DNA of 33,573 bases from Cyanophora paradoxa CCMP329. Lineage: Eukaryota > Plantae > Glaucophyta. Location: the NCBI GenBank assembly GCA_004431415.1, contig QPMI01000355.1, positions 1-33,573 of the forward strand, read 5' to 3'. Positions 12,226-22,200 of the stretch are shown in pieces. The first letter of the stretch is position 1, and the number at the start of each line of letters is the position of its first letter. The notes beneath the pieces are model-generated. The model ran no database searches. It was not told where the DNA came from and saw only the letters and a list, made by a program, of their open reading frames with translations. Position numbers and translations under genes: made by a program.

Positions 12226-13463
12226 ATGGAGCGCCGGTCCGCGCTGTGCGTGTGCTTGGTGTTGCTCCTCGCCTCAGCAGGTGCGCTCGCATTCCTCCCG
12301 CTTGTCAATCTCCGGCTCACGCGCGAGGCCTCAGTCGCCGGGCACCCAGCGCTCACATTCGACACAGCCAAGGTTAGCTCCCTGCTGATCTCCCGCCGGC
12401 TCGTTTGAGCGCATCACACGCCCTGAACGTCACGCAGGTTGGCGTGGGATGCAAAGATCCGCGTGATCTCAACGTCGGGAACGTGTGGGAACCGCTGGTG
12501 CGCCGCCCGCTGGGGGCCCGCCGCGCGTCCCTCACGCCCGGGGGCGCAGGTGCTGCACGAAGAGAAGTCGCACGCGCACCTGGTGCCGCCTTACAAGTAC
12601 TTCCAGTACATGAACGCGCCGAAGCAGTACGCGGGGACGGAGATCGTGCACTTCGACTTCATCAACAAGAACTACCCGTGCCCGCCCGGCAGCATCATCG
12701 TCGACGGCGGCGCCAACGTCGGCAGTGCGTGGCGCCCCACCACCCGCCCTCCCGCCCCCACCCGCCCCCCCGCCCCGCCCGTCCCCGCCCGCTCGCCTCA
12801 CCGGCCGTCCCCGGGGCAGTCTACACGGCGGTGTACGCGGCGATGGGTTGCCCCGTGCTGGCGTTCGAGCCGATCACGGGGGACGTGGCGGGGCTGACGG
12901 TGGTGGCGAACAAGCGCGAGGCCGACGTCTGCCTCGTGGAGGCGGCCCTCGCCGAGCAGGCGAGCCCCTCGGCCACCATGATCCTCAACGAGCGCTACCC
13001 GGAGGGCAACTGGCTCCAGCCCGACGCCAAGAAGTGGCTCGACGAGAACATGCACCAGTACCTGGCGGGGTGCGGCGGGCGGGCGGGGACGGGGGGAGGG
13101 TGCGGGCTGTGACGGGGGCGGGGGCGCGGGGGCAGGTACGAGGGGGCGGCGAAGGTGAAGAGCGTGCCGGTGGTGGTGCTGGACGACTACCTGGACTCGG
13201 TGGAGCGGGTGCACCTGCTCAAGCTGGACCTGGAGGGCGGCGAGCTGCTCGCCCTCAAGGGCGCCCTCCGCGCCATCCGCGCCCGCAAGATCTTCCTCAT
13301 GATCATCGAGGTCTGGAAGAAGCCCGACGTGCTCGAGCTCCTCGCCGAGAACGGCTACTCCATCTGGGCCATCAAGTACGAGCACACCGGCTACCTCTTC
13401 CACCCCCTCGAGCGCCAGTACTGGCCCACCTACGAGGGCGACGTCTTCGCGCGCCTCGTATAA
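12226..13463 (+). CDS. FkbM-family (Methyltransf_21) SAM-dependent methyltransferase with N-terminal signal peptide or anchor
   Basis: Spliced motifs IIVDGGANVGIYT..YAAMGCPVLAFEP, VPVVVLDDY and VHLLKLDLEGGE..ALKG; hydrophobic N-terminus MERRSALCVCLVLLLASA; five GT-AG introns. Confidence 0.85.
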
Positions 13464-14136
13464 CCACGCGCCCCCGCCGCTCCCCCGAGCGCGCGCGCCT
13501 ATTGATCTAGTATTATTCTTTCACACGTATGCGTATGGAGCCGATCTGTAGAGCCGCCTCGCTGTTGTCTGCAGCTTCGCCCTGCTGTGTTGAGAGCTCG
13601 AGATTGTTTAAGGTAGTCAGTCGACACTCTAGTAGGAAGGTCTAGATTATGGTACTAGTTTTCGTAGACCAGGACCAGACAGCTTTTTTCAAGCCATGGC
13701 CAGCAGCTGCAGCTTCCGTCCTGCAGCTGTACGCCCACCTCGCGGAGCCCGGACCGTCCCTAGTCATCGGATGACGAGCCCGCTCATGTGTTGCGAATAA
13801 ATTTGGCATTCTTGGTACAGATACGATACACGCGCGATTGCATGCGCAAGCGCCAAGCTTAAGATAGCGCTCATTACTATAAGCTTGAAAGCGAGCACGC
13901 GCGAGAAGCGAACGAAGGGCCCGGCCCGGGTACGCGTATACAGGAACAACGTCTTCGGTCTTCCTTTTTGATTCGCTCCGACTCGGCAGGCGCGAGAAGC
14001 AAGCGCGAGAGCGAAGCGCGAGCTTCCGAACGCACCGCATCGCGGCGCGCTGCCGGCGGCGCATGTTCAGCGACTTCGCCAGCAGCCGTGTCACCGCGAT
14101 ACAAACGCTAGCAGCAGCTCACTGAAGCGGACTGCG

Positions 14137-17100
14137 ATGGAAGGCGCGGACGAGAGCGGCGAGGATGTTGACCAGCTCAGGCAGCTTCTTGGCGTGTCGC
14201 CAGCGCGGGCCGTCAAACACGAAGTGCCGCAAACTCCGCGCGACAACCGTGACTATACTACCGATGTGCATATGAGGCTGCACTCCCAGGTGCGCGCCGC
14301 TTTTCCGCCAGGAGCTTACGGCACAGACCAACGTGCTTGCAGTCCCAGCAGATTGCGTATCAGGAGCAACAGATCGCGTACCTGAACACCGAGATAGCGC
14401 GCATCTTCAAGCACAACGAGCAGAACCACCAGACGTTCACGGCGGAGTATGCGAAGTTGAAGGACGCCAAGCTGCAGGACGAGAAGGAGCTGGCTGCGGT
14501 GCGAGCGCGCCCCGCAGGCAACAGCTCCTCAGGGCCTGCCGAGCTCAAGGCTGACTTCGAGCACTCAGGTCCGGAAGCAGCACTCGGATGCCCTGAAGAA
14601 GCTAGAAGACACAGCGGCGAAACTCGAGGAGACTGCCGAAGCTCATGCGAAGCTAAAGAAGGAGCTGGAGAAGCTGAAAGGCGAGAACGAGAAGCTAGCG
14701 TCGAGGAAGCACGAGGACGGGTTGCTCAAGGCGTCGAAGGATCTGGCGGCGGAGAAAGCGCGGCTCGAGGAGGAGCTGCGGGCCGCACGCGAGGCCCTCG
14801 AGGCCAAGGGCGCCGAGGCGGAGCGGGCGCAGGGCGAGGCGCGCAAGGCCTCCGCCCGCGTCTCCCTCCTCGAGCGGTGCGCCCGCCCGGGCCCCGGCCC
14901 CGCCCCGCCTGCGCGGCGCGGCGGTGCGAGGGGCCGGGGCGGGGCGCAGGGAGGGCCAGTCGAGCCAGGCGAGCCTGCTGGAGGAGATCTCGCGGACCGC
15001 CAACCAGATCATCACCGCCGAGACCGGCAAGAAGGAGGCCGAGGCCAAGCTCCAGTGCGCGTCGCGCCCGGAGTCCCGCGCGCCGCCGCTGTCTCCGACG
15101 GGCGGGGCGCAGGGCGCGGGAGGCGAGGATCGGGGAGCTCGAGCGGCTGCTGGCGGAGGAGCGGCGGGAGCGGGAGCGGGAGCGGGGGGAGGTGGAGCGG
15201 GAGCGGGCGGCGCTGCGGGCGGAGGCGGAGGAGCGGCAGGCGGCGCTCGAGGCGGAGCAGGCGCGGGGAGACGCCGTCGCCCTCGCCGCCGCCACCACGC
15301 GGTGCCGCCCCGCCCGCCCGCCCGCCGCGCCGCCCCGCCCGGCCGGCGGCGAGCGGGCGCAGGGCGGAGGCGGCGGAGGCGCGGCTGGCGGAGTTCCGGC
15401 GGAGGCTGCCGGCGCTCTTCGCGGGGGCGATCGGGGCGCTGCGGGAGGAGCTGGGGCGGATGCGGCGGGCGGTGACGGGGAGCCTGGAGGAGGCGGCCGA
15501 GGGGGCCGGCGCGCTCGACCGGAACGTGCGGGAGGCCATCCGCCGCGCCGAGGGCGACCGCGATTCCCTCCTCCGCCGCTACCGCGAGGAGGCCCGCCCC
15601 CCCGCCCCCCCCGCCCCGCCTGCCGTGCGAGGCCGCCGCGCAGGTGCGCCAGCGGCGCAAGCTCTACGACGCCCTCCAAGAGGCCAAGGGCGCCATCCGC
15701 GTCTTCTGCAGGGTCCGGCCTACGGCCCGGTCATCGATCGAGCTGCGGCTCAGCGAGCGCGCAGGTCCGGCCCCTGCTTCCCGACGAGCGGTCCCGGGGC
15801 GACCTCACCTCCTGCTCCTACCCGGGTGAGCGCGCCGCCGGCGGCGCTCCTGGCAGCGCTCGTGGCGGGGCGGGGCGAGCGGGGTGGGGCGCAGAGGCGG
15901 GGCAGCTGGGGGAGGAGGGGGAGGCGGCGGAGCACCGGACGATCTGCGTGCGGGAGGCGGGGGAGCGGGGCCGGCGGCAGGAGTTCGAGTTCGACCGGGT
16001 CTTCTCCGGGGCCGCCTCCCAGGAGGAGATCTTCGAGGAGGCCAAGGCCCTTGTCACATCCGCCCTCGACGGCTACTCCGTCACCATCATGGCCTACGGC
16101 CAGACCGGCTCCGGCAAGGCCCGTCCCGCCCCGCCCCGCCCGAAGCTATCGCCCGCCCTGCCCTCACCGCGCCGACCCGCAGACGTACACGATGGAGGGC
16201 CCTCCGGGGCAGCGGGTGCGGGGCGGGGTGGGGCGGGGCGCCGGCGGCCCCCGCGGGGTCCGACGGCGGGCGCGCGCGCAGGGCGTGAACATTCGGACGC
16301 TGGAGGAGTTGCTGCGCGCCGCCGAGCTCCGCGCTGCCAGCGGCGACTATGGTGCTCGCCGCCCTGCGCCGCCGCCGGCGAGGCGAGGGGAGGCGAGGCG
16401 GGGGCGGGGGCAGAGTACAAGATGTGGATGAGCATGCTGGAGGTCTACAACGACGAGCTCTACGACCTGCTCACCGGCAGCGACGTCAAGCTCGAGACGC
16501 GCAGCGGGCCCGCCGGCCTCCAGGCCAGCACGCCCCTCCCGCCGCCCCCTCGCCGCCGCGGCCCTGAGCCTGGCCGGCGCGCAGGCGACGAACGCGCGGG
16601 AGGTGGCGATCGGGAGCATGGAGGAGGTGCTGCAGGCGATGGCGGTCGGCTACGCGCAGCGCTCCACGGCGGAGACGCTCCTGAACCGCTCCTCGTCGCG
16701 CTCGCACTGCGTCCTCCGCATCCGCATCGAGGGCTCCAACCCCCGCGCCCAGCTCAAGCTCGCCTCCCGCCTCTGCCTCGTCGACCTCGCCGGCTCCGAG
16801 GCGCGCCCCGCCCCGCCCCGCCCCGCCCCGCGGCGGCGGGCGCGACCGACTCGCGCCGCAGCGCGTGAAGGAGTCCGGGGCGACGGGGGACCGCCTGAAG
16901 GAGGCGCAGCACATCAACAAGTCCTTGAGTGCCCTTGGCGATGTCATGAGCGCCCTCCAGTGCAAGCAGTCTCACATCCCGTGCGCCCCACGGCGAGGCG
17001 CCGCCGCGGGCGGGGGCTTCCTTTCGGCCTGACCGGACGCCGCAGGTACCGCAACTCCAAGCTCACGCACCTCCTCCAGGACTCGCTCGGTGCGCCCCGG

Positions 17101-17580
17101 GCCCCTCGCGGTGGCCTCTATCTCTCTCTCCTCGTCGCGCGCTCATCGCGGCGGGCAGCGGCGGGGGGGAAGACGCTGGTGTTCGCGACGATCAGCCCGT
17201 CGGCGGAGTGGGCGCACGAGAGCATCTGCACGCTGAACTTCGCGTCGCGGGTGGCGCGCGTCGTGCAGGGCCCCGCCCGCAAGAACGTGACGGCGGCGAG
17301 CCCGTCGCCGACCCCCGAGGGCGCCCTCCCCGCCGCCTCCTCCGCGCGCTCCTCCCCCACGTGCGGGCCCCCTCCCCCGCACCGCCCCTCCCCTGACAGG
17401 GCGCGCAGGGAGGAGATGGGGCCGCCGCCGCCGATGACGCCGCGGTCGCGGTCCGGGGCGGCGGGGGCCGGCGGCGAGGTGCGCCGCTCGACGGCGAGCC
17501 TCACCTCCCTCGGCCGCTCCGGCTCCGGGGCCACCACGCCGACCGCCCCCGCGCCCCGGCCCAGCTCCAGGAAGGGCTAG
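14137..17580 (+). CDS. Kinesin-14 family (KIFC/Kar3/Ncd-like, C-terminal motor) protein
   Basis: N-terminal coiled coil; kinesin-14 neck [23 protein letters not shown]; FEFDRVF; [23 protein letters not shown]; [12 protein letters not shown]; NRSSSRSH; LVDLAGSER; [11 protein letters not shown]; [17 protein letters not shown]; [11 protein letters not shown]. About 15 introns, four with GC donors. Confidence 0.93.
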
Positions 17581-17674
17581 CCGGCCGGCTGCTCGTTGCT
17601 TGCTATTGAAACGAAACCTATCGCGCTACTGCTACGCTCTACGGAGGGGAGCCCCTGGGGAGGGGCGGCTGCAG

Positions 17675-19028
17675 CTAGGGGAGGCCGGGGCGGGGGTCGG
17701 GGGGCAGGAAGGGGTGGGAGAGGGGCCAGACGAGGCCGTGCGGGCAGGCGACGCGGGAGGCCGACTGCGCGAGGTGGTGCGTCCACTGCACCTGCCCCGC
17801 CGCGTCAGGCGGGAGGGCCCCCGCGAGGGCCGGCGGGGGACAGGGCGGCGCACCAGCACGTTGAAGCGGCGCTCGGGGAGGAGGTCGAGGGGGTGCGGCG
17901 CCCCCCGCCCCGACACCGCCGCGTCGAAGAAGGCCCGGCACGCCGACGTCAGGGCCTGCGGGCACAGTTCGAGGGCGGGCGGGGCGGGCGGGGGCCGGGG
18001 CGCGGGGCGCCTGGAGGTAGGAGTCGTCGCGGACGAAGAGGTACACGGCGGCGCCCTGCGGCGTCCACAGCACGAGGTACGCGAGGTGCACCCCCGCCGC
18101 GTGCATCTGCAGCATCACCTGCACTCGCCACGCTCGGCGCGGGGCCGGCGCGGGGCGGGGCGGGGCGGGGCGGCGGCGCACCTGGGGCACGTGCGTGGCG
18201 TCGGCGGCGCAGTCGGCCGGGCAGACGTCCTGCAGGCACTTGACCTCCACCACGGCCCGCACGTTGCCCGCGCTGTCCACGAGGCACCCGTCCGTCTCGG
18301 AAACCAACCAATCGTCCTTCGAGAACGTGTGCGGCCTGGCCGGCGTTCGTTCGCGCGGGGCACAGAAAGGTTCGCCGGGAGGGGAGAGCGCACCAGCCGT
18401 GGAAGACGAGCTGCGCGAGCGGGGGCACATCAGTTAACCGCAGGGCTCAAGCTAATCGGCATGCTCAAGGCTCACCCCTGCATCACTAGCGCATGCCCTG
18501 CAGTTGGCGCCAAACGTGGCAAGCCCGTCGGCCTAGCGTGCGAAGACACGCAGGGTCAGAGAGCTAGCACAGAATGACAAAGGTATCGGCACACTTCATG
18601 CAAGAGGCCGAAGTCCATCGTCGCGCCAGCTGCATTCGACGCGAGCTGCCGCTTGATACGGTAGCCGAGCGGGTCTTGGATCCGCAAAAACGCGTCCAAG
18701 AAAGCTTTGAAGGCTGATTCAAAGGGCTTCTTGCCGTTGTCATGCGAATCCGCTGCGAGGCGCACGTGAGCGCAAAGCGAGGAGCATGTGCAGCGCCCAG
18801 GGGCGCCGGCGGCGAGCTAAATATGAGCCTACGAGCTAGAGCATTATGGGGGACGCTCAGAATTCGAGCGGGACGGCTCGGGGCTCTCGGCGACGCTAGC
18901 AAACGCGACCGCGCGAGGAACCCAGTGCACTCACTGCGAAGGAGGAGCACGTCGGCCGCTATGCCGGCGGGGAAGCGCGCATGGTTGATATACGCGCTGT
19001 TGTACGCGCGCTGCTGCCGCCGCTTCAT
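17675..19028 (-). CDS. YqaJ viral-recombinase / lambda-exonuclease-like PD-(D/E)xK nuclease, intron-containing
   Basis: Spliced product ...ATMDFGLLHEADG...WLVSETDGCLVD...VVEVKC...HVPQVMLQM...YLVLWTPQG...VRDDSYLQAL...F matches the M-x-x-G-x-x-x-E, (S/T)DG, ExKC and QxxxQM motifs. Six introns, including GC-AG 18010-17956. The start codon is tentative. Confidence 0.8.
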
Positions 19029-19218
19029 CACACCCGCCCGTGAGGTCCGATCGGGCCGGCTTCTACCCCTCGGCGTCGAGCCTGCACCGCCTGCGCCACG
19101 AACACTGCTACCACAGCCCTTTCTAGCTGGACTCCCGCTTTCACAAATTTCATCTACCCCAATCAGGGCTACCGAGTTCGGCCGCGCCACAACTTCAGTC
19201 CGGCTAGGCATCGCGACG

Positions 19219-22200
19219 ATGTCTGGTGCGTTCGCGTGCGGCTGGATGAGCAGGCGAGACGGCCATGCGCGCTTATTCCGCTGCAGCCGAGGACGGCGAG
19301 GAGGAGCGCGAGTGGGGCGAGGAGCAGGCGGACGAGCAGGAAGCTGGATCGCCTGCAGCGGCCCCTGACGCTCAGGCATCGCCTCCCGCGAAAGAGGAGC
19401 GCGTCAAGCCGAAGAAGAAGCGGAAGAGCGGGGCCGAAGACTTCCTCGAACGCGAAGCCGAGGAAGACGATGAGGACGAAGAAGAAGGCGCCAAGAAGTG
19501 CGCGGATGCGCCGCGCTGGATGTGATCATTCCCGCCCAGCTGACCCCGCGCGGCTTCTGCAGGGCCACAGCAGGGAGCGATTCGGATGAAGAGGAAGAGG
19601 AGGAGGTTCGCTTTGCGGTCCTTGCTTGCTGCCCGGCGCTTCCTCACCGTTCACAGGGCGAGGATACGTACGAGGCTGATGGCTTCGTCGTGGACGAGGC
19701 CGACGATGAGGAGGGCGGTTCTGGCGATGAATCCGGCAAAAAGAAGAAGAAAAAGAAGAAGCGGCGACGAAAGGTTCGCTAGCTTTTGCGTTGGACGATC
19801 GAAATGCGTGTTGGGTGTCCGAGCTCCGTCGCAGGAGCTGCGCCTGGCCGCCGAGGACTATGAGCTTGTTGAGGAGCATCTCGGCCGCCCTCTCCCGCGC
19901 CGCACCGCCGAGCCCGCGGCCGGGAGCGACGACGAGGGCGCTCACAAGTTCAAGCGGTGCGGCGGCTGGCCGCTCGCGGCGCCGGAGCCAGCCCTAACGT
20001 TCCCGCAGGCTCAAGAAGATGAAGTCGCGCTCGGAAGACTCGGACGGCGAGGACGACCGTGGAGGGGAGGGTGCCCCGTCGAAGCCGAGGCGCGAGCACC
20101 TGGAGCAGGAGCTCTTCGGCGCGGACGACGAGGAGGAGCTCGAGCGGAAGGATAGCTCCGCGCCCGCGCCGCCGCCTGCAGACGGCGCGCACGAGCACCA
20201 CGACGATGCCGGTGCGCCGCCCGGCTGCTCCCGGATCCGCGTCGTCGCGAGCGCAGCGGCAGATTCCGACATCTCCGAGGGAGACGAGATGGACGACTTC
20301 ATCGTCGACGACGATGGGCAGCCGCGTCGGCGCAGGAAGGGCCGCTCGGGCGCCGGCCGGCAGCACACGTCGATGCAGATCAACCAAGCGCGGTGCGGGG
20401 CGGTCCGCCGCGCGGCGTGCGGGCACGGGCGCCGACGCGTCTCCTTCGCAGGTCGCTCTTCGACATCTCCGAGTTCCTGGAGGCGGAGCACGTTCCTAGG
20501 GCCCGCCCCGCCGGCCCCGTCCCGCCCCGTCCCGCCCCGACCGTGCACCGCAGGAAGAGCGCCCCGCCGGCGAGGACGGCGACGAGTTCGCGGACCTGGA
20601 GCAGCGCCAGCGGAAGAAGATGCCGGATATGCGGGTGCGCGGGGGGTTGGGCCGCCGGCCCTGGGCGGGTCTGGGCGCCAGCCGACGGGGCGGACGGGCA
20701 GGACGTGTTTGAACCGATGGTAATCGAGCACCGGTACATGACGGAAGCGGACGAAGTCATCAAGCAGACCGACATGCCCGAGCGCATGCAGGCGCGCCGC
20801 CCGCCCCGCCCTGCTTTGCCTTGCGTGGCCTGGGCTGACGGCCCCGCAGAAGCGGTTCCTGGACCGGGAGAAGCCTGCGGAGGGGGAGATCCAGCGGGAG
20901 GCGGAGTGGATGTTCAAGCGCTTCTGGGAGCCGATGATTCGGGCGGGGGCGGTGGCGGAGGGGCGCGCCCACTCGGAGAGCGTGCGGGAGCGGCTGCAGA
21001 TGGAGCGCATCGTGCCGCGCATCGTCTCCGTGCTGGGCTACATGCGCCTCGAGCTCCTCGAGGTCCCCTTCATCGTCACGCACCGCAAGGAGTACTGGCG
21101 CCCCGAGCTCGAGCAGCAGCACGTCTGGATGATCTACGACTGGGACGAGACGTGCGGCCCCGCCCCCGGCCCCGCCCCGCCCCGCCCGCCCGCCCGAGCC
21201 GCCGCCCCCGCGCAGGTGGAACTACCTGCAGATGCGGAAGAAGCAGCTGCGGGAGCGGTACCAGCGGGCGGCGGAGGTTGAGAAGGACACGCCGGTGCGG
21301 GCCGGCGCGCGCGGGTGGGGTGCAGGGGCGCGAGCGGGGCGGGGCAGGGGGTGGAGGAGGACGTGCGGCGGTGCCTGGCGCTGCTGGAGGAGGCGCTGGA
21401 GGAGGAGTTGGTGCGGGACCTGGACGACTACTTCCGCCTGCGCTTCGTCAACGTCGAGGAGATCCTCCAGACGGAGGCCGCCGAGCAGGAGGCCGCCAAC
21501 GGCGTCTCCCGCCCCCGCCGCCCCCTGCGCCGCACCGACTACCACCTCTACGCCCGCCTCGGCCTCAAGAAGCTCGCGGAGAAGCTGGGCCTGGCGGGGT
21601 GGCAGCTGGGGGTGAACGTGCGGCAGTACACGCAGTACTCGGTGGAGAACCCGGAGCGGGAGCCGCTGGACCTTGCCGAGGAGATGCTCGCCGACCTCGA
21701 GGCCCGCAACGAGGCGCACCGCTTCCGCCCCAAGGCCGGCGCCGAGCCCAGCCAGACGAGCCCCCTCGACCGCGTCCTCCGCGGTCCGCCCCTCCTCCTC
21801 CGGGGGGAGCGGGGCCGGGGGCCGACGGGGGCGGGCGGGGGCAGCCGCGCGGCACATGCTTGCGCAGGAGATCGCGCACGACCCGATGGTGCGGGACCGC
21901 GTGCGCCACTTCTACTACAACTACGGGGAGGTCACGACGCGCCCCACCGGCAAGGGCACCCGCGAGATCGACTCGGTCTTCCACATGCACGCCGTCCGCC
22001 CGCGCCCCGCCCCGCCCCGCCGTCCCGCCGCGTCGCGCCGCCGGCGAGCCGGCCGCGCAGCCCGTCAAGTGCATCCGGAACAAGCCGATCTCCGAGTTCG
22101 GCGACATCGCCGCCTGGGAGAACGCGAGGACGCCCGCGGTGCGCCCCGCGAGGCCTGGCGCGTCGCGGGCGGCGGGGCGGCGGGGCGGGCTGACGCGGGC

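Noticed and set aside
13630-13915. Fragments resembling U2 snRNA (TCGCTTCTCG, GTGTATCGTATCTGT on -) and RNase P CR-I (GGAAGGTCT on +)
   Set aside because: Spacing is wrong for U2 and I found no Sm site or RNase P CR-V; these are chance short matches.
13521-14064. Candidate micropeptide as RPL41 (begins MRAK)
   Set aside because: It lacks the WRKKRMRRLKRKRR core of eL41.
6391-17580. MPS1 and kinesin-14 as a mitotic gene cluster
   Set aside because: They are separated by unrelated genes; two genes in a dense genome is not evidence of clustering.
17600-19200. YqaJ gene as part of an endogenous virus or transposon
   Set aside because: No terminal repeats, transposase, capsid or other viral genes; it has host-type introns and housekeeping neighbours.
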